In this document: piece by piece, positions 18,783 through 28,416 of the stretch
Layout: every line of letters starts with the position of its first letter
Numbering within the stretch: the stretch's first letter is position 1
NCBI GenBank assembly: GCA_021205185.1
Contig: JAJPYB010000011.1
Span: forward strand, 33,990-97,989
Length of the DNA: 64,000 nt
Direction of reading: 5' to 3'
Source of the DNA: Ruminococcus sp.
Lineage (GTDB): Bacteria; Bacillota; Clostridia; Oscillospirales; Ruminococcaceae
Translations under genes and position numbers: made by a program
Notes under the pieces: model-generated
The model's database searches: none
What the model was told of the DNA's origin: nothing
Seen by the model: only the letters and a program-made list of their open reading frames with translations

Positions 18783-19016
18783 AATATGCCTTTGTCTTCT
18801 TTGTAAGTTTTAGACTTTGTAGTGCTTCCAGGATTCTAAGAACGCCAAAAGCGTCAACGTCTTCGGAACATTATAATACATCAAAAGGCATTTGAACTTA
18901 GCTCTAGCTGACAAATTATAAATTTCATCCGGCTGCACAATTGAAATAATGCGAATAAGTGACGACAAATCAAACAGATCACCGTTTGAATTGACAACAT
19001 GGACTAATATTAACAC
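18783..19016 (-). pseudogene. gmd: internal remnant of GDP-mannose 4,6-dehydratase
   Basis: GDLFDLSSLIRIISIVQPDEIYNLSA compares with GMD GDLSD.SNL.RIL.EVQPDEVYNLGA. After a frameshift and a stop, ..EDVDAFGVLRILEAL..LKLTKKTKAY compares with ADVDAMGTLRLLEAIR..KKTRFY. Both ends are missing. Confidence 0.55.
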
Positions 19017-19043
19017 AATGTTGACTTTTAATCAGGAAAGCAC

Positions 19044-19688
19044 TTACATACTGATTACACCCAACCTGACAAACACGGGATACAGGTAACTTGCCCCAAA
19101 CACTCCCATTTTCTTAGGACCTGTAACGCCACCCTCCAAAGCCCTCTTATGTGCCATCTCGACGCTGCTTCTCGTCACAGCTTTTTCCTTCCGACTTATC
19201 TTCATCTCACCGCCGTGGACTGTATATGTAAACTTTAATCCCTTACTTATTTGGAATGGATATCCCTCGAATAAAATGATTGCATCCCACAGGTTCTCAA
19301 ATGTTGTCGTCTTAGTTAACTTTTCAACTGCGGCCCTTCGCTTTCTGTACAACTGAATTCGTTCAGCATTGACAGACAATTCTTCCGCCTTGTATGGCGG
19401 CTTTGCGTACGGCAGATAACTGTTAACGGAGGATTTTGATAAGCCTGTAATTGTCATGATTTCCGACACTGACTTCTCCTCCAGGAGTCTCTGCACATTA
19501 TCTGCTATTTCAGACCGGTAGCAGTTTGCAGTAATGAGTAGCTTGCGGATTTTTATTGGGTTCAGGTCAAGCTCATTTGCTGTCTTTTGGAGTGATTTTG
19601 TTTTGCTGTATATTTCAACCGCCGCAGTCATCATATCAGATAATATTTGCTGTGAATCATAGGTTGGCTTTTTCTTGTTTCTACTCAT
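19044..19688 (-). CDS. hypothetical protein with predicted helix-turn-helix segments
   Basis: ATG at 19688 with the SD AAAGGGGGG. 214 aa with HTH-like stretches (SLQKTANELDLNPIKIRKLL; SVSEIMTITGLSKSSVNSYL). No family was recognised. Confidence 0.5.
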   Translation of the reverse strand: MSRNKKKPTYDSQQILSDMMTAAVEIYSKTKSLQKTANELDLNPIKIRKLLITANCYRSEIADNVQRLLEEKSVSEIMTITGLSKSSVNSYLPYAKPPYKAEELSVNAERIQLYRKRRAAVEKLTKTTTFENLWDAIILFEGYPFQISKGLKFTYTVHGGEMKISRKEKAVTRSSVEMAHKRALEGGVTGPKKMGVFGASYLYPVFVRLGVISM

Positions 19689-19744
19689 AAAGGACACCCC
19701 CCTTTTTCCATTTCAATCTATATAAAATCCAAGGGGACAAGAAA

Positions 19745-19997
19745 TCACACCTTGCCGTTGTTGCTCATCCAATTTCTTCTGAATTTTGAAGGTGAGCATT
19801 CTTCTACCTTTTTAAACGTCCTGCTGAAATAGTTCTGGTCAACGTATCCACATTCGGTTCCAATCAACTCAACGCTCATCTCAGTGAATCTAAGCATTCC
19901 TTTGCAAGCTGGTCATAGGAACCGACAGAAAACTCATATGCAGATTTGAATAGCCGTGATGAGGATACACTGTCATTGACAAAGAGGCTTTTGACCG
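19745..19997 (-). pseudogene. C-terminal remnant of an AraC-family regulator
   Basis: My translation: ...MSVELIGTECGYVDQNYFSRTFKKVEECSPSKFRRN...*. This is the second HTH of the AraC domain. There is no N-terminal part or start codon. Confidence 0.5.
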
Positions 19998-20008
19998 TTG
20001 AAGGATTC

Positions 20009-20605
20009 TTATTTTCCATCTGCTCCGTTACCATTTAGCGTCCTTATCACTCTTCCCGGATTCCCTACAATCACAGAATTCTCTGGAAACTTCCCGCTTA
20101 CCACTGCGCCGGCTCCGACCACACAGCCATCGCCAAGAACTGTACCTTTCAGGATGATACTATTGCATCCAATGAAGCAGTTCTTTCCAATACTTATCTC
20201 TTTACTCGGCACAGCTTCTGACTCTCCACCGTTCGGATCGTTCAGTAACTTCAAACGCTCCTCCGCCTCAATTGGGTGGAAGTCATTATCTAATATCTTA
20301 CAGTTCCCGCCAACCGCTGTATTGTCGCCGATCGTAATTCCTTTTCTTGCATAGATAGTTGCACCGCTTATTCCTACGTTATTACCGATATGAATATACG
20401 CAGACTCGTGGCGGGTTACTATGATGGTGCGAGAATAGAGACCGACCAGGTTGGAGAGGAAGGAGGATTTTATGGTTACGTTGTCTCCTATGGTGAGGGT
20501 TGAGCCTTTCTTCGCATAGATAAAGGGACCGCCTTTTAACAGGAGATTTTTGCCATAATCGATATGTAAGAGTTTTAGGATTATTTTATAGTAGTTACTG
20601 TTCAT
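20009..20605 (-). CDS. hexapeptide-repeat (left-handed beta-helix) O-acetyltransferase
   Basis: 198 aa with repeated [LIV]G-x4 hexapeptides (IGNNVGISGATIYA, IGDNTAVGGNCKI, IGCNSIILKGTVLGDGCVVGAGAVV). It is the last gene of the glycan locus. Confidence 0.8.
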   Translation of the reverse strand: MNSNYYKIILKLLHIDYGKNLLLKGGPFIYAKKGSTLTIGDNVTIKSSFLSNLVGLYSRTIIVTRHESAYIHIGNNVGISGATIYARKGITIGDNTAVGGNCKILDNDFHPIEAEERLKLLNDPNGGESEAVPSKEISIGKNCFIGCNSIILKGTVLGDGCVVGAGAVVSGKFPENSVIVGNPGRVIRTLNGNGADGK

Positions 20606-20620
20606 GTTCTATTCACTCCA

Positions 20621-20896
20621 TTACACCCAATGCAAAAACTTATACTTACCGCCATTATACGAGATACAGCCCTCTTCGATCAAGTCATTCAATTCGCTAT
20701 CAAAAGACACTCTGATACCCAAACCAACTCCCGGCTGTTTAGGTGGCAGATATACTTTCTCCAAATCCTCTCTGGTAATTTTTCCGGCTTCTTTTATTGC
20801 TTTCAATAAATCCATATTGCAGACTCTTGATATTCTCATTTTCTGTCTCTCCTTTACATAAACCACATTAACAACCGTACTTTCTCTTTCTTTCAT
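20621..20896 (-). CDS. small hypothetical protein (possibly winged-helix)
   Basis: 91 aa. Its start overlaps the stop of the SGNH gene (ATGA). Confidence 0.4.
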   Translation of the reverse strand: MKERESTVVNVVYVKERQKMRISRVCNMDLLKAIKEAGKITREDLEKVYLPPKQPGVGLGIRVSFDSELNDLIEEGCISYNGGKYKFLHWV

Positions 20897-22069
20897 TTCT
20901 CCCAGCTGAATATCAACCCCTGAAAAGCATCCGCCTGTTCCTTACTGGAAAACACTATCTCGATTTGATCCTCCACAGTGCAGTCATCTGAAACAATCAG
21001 TATATGCCGCTGTGAGAAATCATAATTGAATGTAACCGTCGGAGCTTCGAACAGTTCTCCATCCACATATATTTCCGTCACATTATCGCCGCTCTGCCAG
21101 CTGTAATCAATTCCAAGAATACCAGAAATGGAAAGGCCTGCGATTGTGTAGGTGGTGTCATCTATGCGTTCAAACTCATCTGCTGCAATATAGCGAAAGT
21201 TTTCAAACTTCACAACATTAGCATTCACAGGCTCTATATCATAATCCGGGAAGCCTTCAATGTCATACACTCCCTGGTCTATTACCTTTTCAACCACTTC
21301 TGCGTAGATCGCCTGACCAGCATCATTCGGATGAACACCATCATCAGTATAAGAATCGTAATCCTCAGAGAACGGCTCAATCGTGTCAGCAACTGGGATG
21401 CCATAATAATCACAGATCTCCTGTATTGTTACCATCTTCTCGGTGTAATCCTTCTGTGAGGATTCGAGTATGGAAATGATGGAGCAGTTTTCATACTTGC
21501 TGCTTATTGCCCTTATTATCGTTTCATAATAAAGGGGGAAGTCTGTCGTGGAATCGTTCTGGCCGTAACATATCACAGCCAAGTCATAATCAATGTCATC
21601 GTCCAGCTTCATAACCCTGCTGTAACCGGCATAGGAAGCGTTACCACCCATGGAAACATTGGTAAGACTAACAGTCCCTCCGTATTGTTCTGCAAGGTAT
21701 GAGTTGAGCAGGGTCGTCCATCTGTGTGATTCATCGCTTGCACCGGATGTTGCCCCAATGGAATCCCCGACTATCAGGATATTTACATCATAACCCTTGT
21801 CGAGTTTCTCATAAAAGCTTGAATTAACGATATCCTCTTGTCTTGCAGCTTCTTCTGCCTCAGATGCTTCCTCTTGAGCTTTCCGTTCGGCATCCAGTTC
21901 CTCTTGGAGGCTTCGCAGATAAGCTGATTGTTCTTCCTGCTGGATGTGGTCATAGTAGAGCATTCCTGCAAGACCAACAGCAAGAACAATAATTACAATT
22001 GTTATAATGATGTTAAATGTACGGCTAGAGGAATACCCCCCGCCTATGGTGGTGATGACTATGCGACAT
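20893..22069 (-). CDS. SGNH/GDSL esterase 1; the N-terminal leader and TM anchor are out of frame at a G6 tract (uninterrupted ORF 20893-21963)
   Basis: GDSIG and DDGVHPN motifs are present. The ATG at 22069 has an AAGGAG SD and encodes MSHSHHHHRRG, then the G tract. The TM segment NIIITIVIIVLAVGLAG lies in the catalytic-domain frame and is joined only if the tract is G5 or G8. Confidence 0.7.
22036..22041 (-). repeat. homopolymeric G6 tract (C6 on the plus strand); candidate slipped-strand switch
   Basis: Read directly: gaata-cccccc-gcc. Confidence 0.9.
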
Positions 22070-22198
22070 TTTCCTCGTCTCCTTCATTACATTGTTACTC
22101 TATTTCAAGCTGCTGCATCAGCAGCCGTACTTTCTCCTTCTTCTCGTCCGAGACTACTTTCTCAAGCATCTCTTTTCTTCTGCTCAGCCCTCTGAACT

Positions 22199-23202
22199 TT
22201 ATGTTTTCTTCTTTCCGTACAACCACGGTGCATATTTGTTGCTGAACAGTACAATTGGAACGATAATAAACAAAACTGCAATTGTCGCGGAAAGAAACCA
22301 GAACAATTCAGATCTGCCAGGCAAAATTAATACTGTTAAACGCATCATGGCAGCCCTACAAATCTTGCATATAGCAAACTGCCACACATATATTACAATT
22401 GAATTTCTTCCGCACCAATTCAAGTATGAGGAGTCTCTTAACCATCCTGCAATGCCCCACACGCCTGCAATTCCAAGAAGAGCTGTAACCGCAAACAAAA
22501 GGAGATTACCATACTCATTGTCATACATTGCCACAGGCGAATTTAAATCAACAACACAGAAGAAAACGATAACCAATATGGTACCAATAAAACCATTAAT
22601 ATACGAATTTCTGAATCCGAGCTTTTCCTTAAAAGTCTTTATCTTCTCTCTTCGGCTGCCGAAAACATACCCGCATATGTAAAAGAAGAACGCCATCGGT
22701 ACAATACTAATATAGGTAATTTCAATCCCATTTTGACTGAACAGCAGCAAAACAATAATCGCTACAATATCAACAGCAACAGTAATGATAAGTCCTTTGG
22801 ATTTGGTCAAATCAAGCACCATCGTTAATGCAAGATACAGCACAGACACGAGAAACAAAACTGGCAAAAACCAATAGTCGAAAATAAAGCTAAGAGGATT
22901 TGGCAAACTTCCACCAGCTGATAAGTTATCAACAACAGTTACAATATATTGCACAACCAGCAACGTTACCTGCGGAATCAAAAGAGAGCGAGCTTTCTTT
23001 ATGTACTGCGAATACCCCCCCGATATGGCTTAGCCGTCATTCCGGACAGAAAGAAAAACAACGGCATATGAAATGCAAGAATAATCTTGTTAAGATAAAA
23101 ATCAAGATTACCACAGCAGTGTCCTGTAATAACCAAAAGAATTGCTATGCCTCTGGCTACATCTATTTGTTTATCTCGATTCATAAAATTGCCTCCAATC
23201 AA
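22199..23202 (-). CDS. acyltransferase family 3 (AT3) O-acyltransferase 1, split into two ORFs (22999-23202 and 22199-22981) at a G7 tract
   Basis: The N-terminal piece reads RDKQIDVARGIAILLVITGHC...FHMPLFFFLSG, an AT3 signature. The downstream 260-aa piece is polytopic membrane. G8 or G5 fuses them (..KPYRGG-YSQYIKKARSLLIPQV..). Confidence 0.75.
23015..23021 (-). repeat. homopolymeric G7 tract (C7 on the plus strand)
   Basis: Read directly: aata-ccccccc-gat. It coincides with the AT3-1 frame break. Confidence 0.95.
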
Positions 23203-23261
23203 TACATGATTTCAGATCTCAATTCATTATTATCATTGTAAAAATATATGAATTTATTATC

Positions 23262-24785
23262 TCAGTGTTTACCAATCAGTTGGCAAACTTTCTTAATCAT
23301 CCATTTAAACTCATCCGTCCAAAAGCCTAACAAAAGGAACAGCACATTAATCACAATAAATACAATTATGGCCGCTACAATCCATGAAAGCCACCCATTT
23401 ATACTAAAAAGACATACAGTAATATGAGTAAAATATCCAAGAGCGGATACAATCATAAATCTTAATAAATATGTTATATAATAATTTTTAGGCGACCTTT
23501 TAAACCCGTACTTGAATACAATATAAGGATCATACCAAACTGTGGTAATTAACCTGGCAACCAAAGTGGCAAATACAACACCAAATACACCCATTCTGTT
23601 AACAAGGATAAAATCAAGTGCCAGATTAATTATTGCCATTACAACTGGCCTGAGTTTGCCGTACCAAAAAAGTCCATACGTGTTCCGAAAAGCAGAATTC
23701 ACACTAAGCATACCAAGCGTATAAAAATTCATTGATATAGCCCAAACACAAATTTCGCTTAACTGATACTCTGTTCCTATCCAGACATCAATAAATGGAT
23801 TCATCAGCGCCCACAAACAAATCGTACAAACCCCGTAAATCCAGAAATTAAAAAAGTCTAGCCTTTTAAACAGGGTATGATTGAAACTATCACTTTCCGT
23901 TGCCGTTGCATTTCCTACACTGGCAGTGAAACCTGAAACAATCTGTGACAAGAGACTGTTCAGGGCATTCGTTATCATAGTATAGTTGGAATAATAACCA
24001 TTTATAATTACCCCCAAAAATCTGGAAATAATTATACCATCGGTACTGTTGAGAAGCGTTGTCCCGACCTTGTAAAGCGATACTGCAAAAACATTTTTCT
24101 TTATACCGTTTTTTTCCTCTGCGTCAAGTTTGTAATCATACTTCTTCTTTATATAAGGATATCGTTTGTTACATTCATGCGATACATAAAGATTTTTTAC
24201 CAGTGTAATTACTGTATTAACCAAAAGATAAAGGATGAAATTATGTGTAACTGACAGCATAATACACTGAAATAGAGCTAAAGCGATTGAGCAATAATTA
24301 TTAATTTTCGTAAGCACATATGCTTTTTGATCGCTTGTAATCAACAAACTCTTATACGACCAAAAATAGCTTATCCCAGAATTCAGGACAAATAAAAGGT
24401 ATATAATTCTTATTGATGAAATATCCGGCATTTCACTTACCAGATATTGCAGGAAAGGTGTAAGACACGCACCAACAACAAGAACCACGGTTCCAATGAT
24501 GTAGTATATTTTTGAATACAAGCGCATCAGTGCGTTAATTTTCTTCTTATCACCGTTTGCCAATGGTTCATATAAACTAAAAGGGATTGCTAGACCAATT
24601 CCAAGTTCAGCCAAAGAAAGCATGGAAATGATATTTGTAAACAGACCATTTACACCTACATATTCCGCACCTAATTGCTTGACCAGAACCGTTCTTGTAA
24701 TGAAAGTTAAGACCGTTACTAATCCCTGGTTTATAAAAGCGTATATTATATTTCTCGTTGAATTCTTTGTCCTTGAATTTTCCAT
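23262..24785 (-). CDS. wzx: Wzx-type oligosaccharide flippase (MOP superfamily)
   Basis: 507 aa with about 12-14 TM helices. The N-terminus KNSTRNIIYAFINQGL..L..F..R..L...LG.EY.G is typical of polysaccharide biosynthesis/flippase proteins. Confidence 0.8.
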   Translation of the reverse strand: MENSRTKNSTRNIIYAFINQGLVTVLTFITRTVLVKQLGAEYVGVNGLFTNIISMLSLAELGIGLAIPFSLYEPLANGDKKKINALMRLYSKIYYIIGTVVLVVGACLTPFLQYLVSEMPDISSIRIIYLLFVLNSGISYFWSYKSLLITSDQKAYVLTKINNYCSIALALFQCIMLSVTHNFILYLLVNTVITLVKNLYVSHECNKRYPYIKKKYDYKLDAEEKNGIKKNVFAVSLYKVGTTLLNSTDGIIISRFLGVIINGYYSNYTMITNALNSLLSQIVSGFTASVGNATATESDSFNHTLFKRLDFFNFWIYGVCTICLWALMNPFIDVWIGTEYQLSEICVWAISMNFYTLGMLSVNSAFRNTYGLFWYGKLRPVVMAIINLALDFILVNRMGVFGVVFATLVARLITTVWYDPYIVFKYGFKRSPKNYYITYLLRFMIVSALGYFTHITVCLFSINGWLSWIVAAIIVFIVINVLFLLLGFWTDEFKWMIKKVCQLIGKH

Positions 24786-24812
24786 AATACGTTTCGCTCC
24801 AAAGTCACATGC

Positions 24813-25980
24813 TTAATGCATTATTATGTGGTAAATATGTCTAATAGCTCTATACAAATAGTTTCCTCGCATTTCGCGATTAATCATACTCCAGCTTTTA
24901 TTTTCAATGTTTTTCATCAGCCTCATCCTCTTCGGATTCTCTTCAGGATGTATCCATACATGTCTGCTTCTGTCTTTTAGGTAATCCAATTCAACTGTAT
25001 GATAATTCAGTTCTTGCTTGATTTCGTTCCAGACTTTCTGCCCTTGTAAACTTGAAACAATCACTGCACTAATTCCCATATTTTCATTCTTTTCAAGAAG
25101 TTCTCCAGTATATCCCCAAAAATCAGCTAATGTAATATCCGCTATCCGCGGAAGTTTTGCATATTTGCAATGATAGCACGATTCCCTCAAATAAAAATTT
25201 CTAAGGAATCCAAATTGAAAATCATTCTTTTCACTAGTAGTGCAAATTCTTTTATTATTTTTAAGCTCAAATGAAATATGGTTGGGATTCCACCCAAATC
25301 CACCTCTCTTATCTCGCCAGCATGTACTAATAATACGGGAATTGTATTTTTTTTCCAAGTATTCAATATATTTTTTATATACCAATTGCGATGGTACACC
25401 ATGACAAACCACCTCGGTTGTTACCAAATTAGGAGAACGCTGTGTCCCTATACATTTATATAGTGCTGCAACTTGACATGGGGTTCCAGAAAAGAGAACA
25501 TATTTTCCATTCGCCAGATCTTCTTTTACTGCATTATAACATTCGCCCATTTGACTCTGTAAGTATTTTGATTTTCGAAAAGCTTCGCACTTATCTAAAG
25601 TATCAGCCCTGCCATGGAAAACGTCGAAAGGTTTTTCATACATAGCACCATATACAATACCACCCTTTGATATAATACATTTAGCAATTGGCCAAAATAC
25701 TCCGCCACTAGAACTATTCATACAGATTGTATTGTCGTTATTATATGCTGCATATACACCTAATGTTTTGTTTGTGTTATTCACTTCATTTTTCATGCAG
25801 CAAACGCTAACACACTTCCCACACCTTATACATTTCTGTCTATCAATGATTGGATAACGAAAACCGCTTTCATCGGAAGCCATTCTAATGCACTTAACTG
25901 GACACACATTTACGCATCCCTCACATCCTCAGCACATTTCTTTTTCAATTACAAATTTTTCATCCGTCATTTCTTTTCTC
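24813..25980 (-). CDS. FrhB-like (coenzyme F420 hydrogenase/dehydrogenase beta-like) Fe-S protein 1, with an in-frame TGA at codon 14
   Basis: The ATG at 25980 has a GAGGAG SD: MTDEKFVIEKEMC-TGA-GCEGCVNVCPVKC. A second cluster, CIRCGKCVSVC, follows. It is paralogous to 26034-27221 and 42004-43166. The track ORF starts at a GTG after the stop. Confidence 0.65.
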
Positions 25981-26033
25981 CTCGACTATAAAACTTATCA
26001 TCGTGGAAATCAGAAATTCGTGGCAAAACTATA

Positions 26034-27221
26034 TCAGTTGAACTTAAGCCTATTTTTATACTTGTTCCATTCTGAATATAATTTCTTCAAGAACAGCTTT
26101 GCCTTAGATGCCTCGGACTCTTTCCTGCCTGTAATCTCATGAATCAACACACAGAAGTCCTCTTTTTGGTACCTGCTCATAAATTCATCTCGATTGGCTT
26201 GAAATGTTTTACATCCTGACAGCCAGCCAAAAACAGCTCTTCCTTTCATTTGATATTCACTGAATACCAAATGCTCCTTGATTGCGTCAAATAGTTTACA
26301 TCCCTTCTCGGAATTAAGCGCAATCATGGACAGTCCTTCTCGCTGATCTTCAGTTGATGCATGATGAGCCTCGATAAAATTGTCAGAAAGCGTCATATCT
26401 CCCATTCTCGGCAGATAGGCGAATTGACAATTGTAGCATGAAGGCCGCAGTCCGTATGATTTAATAAAGCAAAGATTGAACTCATCATCATATGCTTCTT
26501 TCGAGATTTTTCTTCCATCAGATAGCACTGTAGTAAAGACTACAGGATTCCACCCATGGCTCTTATCCCGATAGTAATCAACAACTTCTGATCCTTCGGT
26601 TTCTTTTATAGAAGAGCAAAACTTATCAAAAGCCGCTGTTGATGGCACACCATGACATTTCAAATCACAGGTATAAAGATTATCAAAGTCTTTTCCCAAA
26701 AACGAGTAAAGACCGGCAACCTGACAAGGAGTTCCTACGAATAATACTGGTTTCCCTGTTTTTAATTTTTTTAAACATTCTTTATATGAATTTCCAATTG
26801 CACTTTGGAAATACTTTGAAAAACGCAACTTATCTACATCTTCGTAGTCATCTATACAGGTGTGTCTGATATCAGAAATATAATATTTTTCTGCTCCAAA
26901 TACATACCCCCCCCCAGATAAAATTTTATCTGCAAGTAAACTGAAAACTCCTCCGGAAGAACTCTCTCTTCTAACGCTAATATCACTGTTATAGCAGTTT
27001 ATCGCCCTCACAGTGGAGAATCTTCGCCCTATATTCGTTCTGACCCAGTTGGCAGAAGGACAAACTTTTTCGCACTTGTGGCATTCAACACATTTATCCT
27101 GGTCTACCACCGGATACCGAAAGCCATGCTCATCTGCTATCATTGCAATTGCACCTACTGGGCAAGCATTAGAGCAGGCCTCACATCCATAGCATTTACT
27201 TTTTCGAGTAATTCTAATCAT
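26034..27221 (-). CDS. FrhB-like Fe-S protein 2 (intact; contains an in-frame G9 tract)
   Basis: 395 aa with an N-terminal 2x CxxCxxCxxxCP ferredoxin motif (CYGCEACSNACP, CVECHKCEKVCP). It lies next to a pyruvyl transferase gene, a commonly seen pairing. Confidence 0.75.
   Translation of the reverse strand: MIRITRKSKCYGCEACSNACPVGAIAMIADEHGFRYPVVDQDKCVECHKCEKVCPSANWVRTNIGRRFSTVRAINCYNSDISVRRESSSGGVFSLLADKILSGGGYVFGAEKYYISDIRHTCIDDYEDVDKLRFSKYFQSAIGNSYKECLKKLKTGKPVLFVGTPCQVAGLYSFLGKDFDNLYTCDLKCHGVPSTAAFDKFCSSIKETEGSEVVDYYRDKSHGWNPVVFTTVLSDGRKISKEAYDDEFNLCFIKSYGLRPSCYNCQFAYLPRMGDMTLSDNFIEAHHASTEDQREGLSMIALNSEKGCKLFDAIKEHLVFSEYQMKGRAVFGWLSGCKTFQANRDEFMSRYQKEDFCVLIHEITGRKESEASKAKLFLKKLYSEWNKYKNRLKFN
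26907..26915 (-). repeat. homopolymeric G9 tract (C9 on the plus strand), in frame, encoding Gly-Gly-Gly
   Basis: Read directly: tacata-ccccccccc-agata. It codes SGGGYVFGAE. Confidence 0.95.
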
Positions 27222-27228
27222 AATTTTG

Positions 27229-28416
27229 TCACCTCTTTATAATAGAATAGCTGTTGTATGCTTCTTTAATATATTCTGGCATAACGGCATTCAAATGAGT
27301 GCGGATATCATTCTGGTTTTCATTCAACCATAAAAAAGCGTTAGCTATTTGCTCTTTATCGTCTACTTTGTCCACCTTAAGCACATAATTTTCATCTGTA
27401 CCAAACAAATCCCTTGCGATTCCGACTGATTTAACGGAATAACCGATAACCAGCGTTGGAACACAACTGGAATAAGCCGCAATAGTAGAATGAGTTCTTG
27501 CACCAATAAACATCTGACATTGCGAAATGATATATTTAAGTTGAGCCGCATTGTAGTCTTCCCCAAGCAAAAGCATATCCCCATAAGACTCGCAGGCTTG
27601 ATACAGCTTTTCCAAAGGCTTATAATCCGAGCCTCCCATTACATGAGGAACAAAGATTGGAGTATAACCCTTTTCAATTATCTTCTTAACCATATTTTGA
27701 TATGCTGCAAAAGTGACCTCGGCACTTCCTCCATACTGCGGATCAAGGATTAAAGAACTAAGATTAACTCCCACCATTTTACCTTTTTTCCACCCTTGGG
27801 GAAAATCAACCACCTCTAAAGGCATTGCAAAAGCCGGATCGGGATAGTATCTTATATCTTTTTTAGAATACTTAGTGGTCAAATTTTGTTTACTTGTTCT
27901 CTCCCTCACAGTTATAGCATCGAATTGAGAAATATCGCTTATCACTTCATCAGTAATATCATTTTCACCAAATGAGCAATCATACATAATCATCCTGGCA
28001 TTCGCCTTTATTCTTATCACCGAATGAAGCTCATGCAAATTTTCAAACATATTATAATGGATATCATAATTGTCTCCACCCACACATATGACCACATCGC
28101 TCTTTTTACATATGTCAATCAGTTTCGAGTATCGAATACTGGCAGCAGCAGTCCGGAGCTTTAGAACTTTTTTAAAAAACGTATAAATTGCTCCCATAAT
28201 AAGATTTTTCTTGGTCACAGTTGACTTTCTAATAAATCCCTTTGTATTAGGTAGTGGTGGCAGTTCTTCTATGTCAGCATCATTTGAGACAATCCACACC
28301 TCTGCATTGGATTCATTGTGGCATATGATTTCCGATATCCCTCTGGCTAATGCCTCTGAACCGCGATTGTTTTTTACTGTATTCAAGATAACTATGTATT
28401 TACTCATGTATAACAC
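27229..28416 (-). CDS. polysaccharide pyruvyl transferase 1 (WcaK/CsaB-like)
   Basis: 395 aa with N-terminal VILNTVKNNRGSEA, VICVGGDNYD and C-terminal IGARTHSTI motifs typical of the family. Confidence 0.8.
   Translation of the reverse strand: MLYMSKYIVILNTVKNNRGSEALARGISEIICHNESNAEVWIVSNDADIEELPPLPNTKGFIRKSTVTKKNLIMGAIYTFFKKVLKLRTAAASIRYSKLIDICKKSDVVICVGGDNYDIHYNMFENLHELHSVIRIKANARMIMYDCSFGENDITDEVISDISQFDAITVRERTSKQNLTTKYSKKDIRYYPDPAFAMPLEVVDFPQGWKKGKMVGVNLSSLILDPQYGGSAEVTFAAYQNMVKKIIEKGYTPIFVPHVMGGSDYKPLEKLYQACESYGDMLLLGEDYNAAQLKYIISQCQMFIGARTHSTIAAYSSCVPTLVIGYSVKSVGIARDLFGTDENYVLKVDKVDDKEQIANAFLWLNENQNDIRTHLNAVMPEYIKEAYNSYSIIKR

Noticed and set aside
19695-19700. C6 run (G6 on the minus strand) just outside the glycan locus, considered as a tenth phase-variation tract.
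   Set aside because: It sits 8-9 nt upstream of the ATG at 19688 and reads AAAGGGGGG, a Shine-Dalgarno sequence. It is not inside a coding frame, and the gene is not a glycan gene.
25939-25941. Selenocysteine decoding of the in-frame TGA in FrhB-like paralog 1.
   Set aside because: The position is not an Fe-S ligand. I found no convincing stem-loop in the ~40 nt downstream. A one-step TGY-to-TGA nonsense change explains it. It is kept only as a low-priority check.
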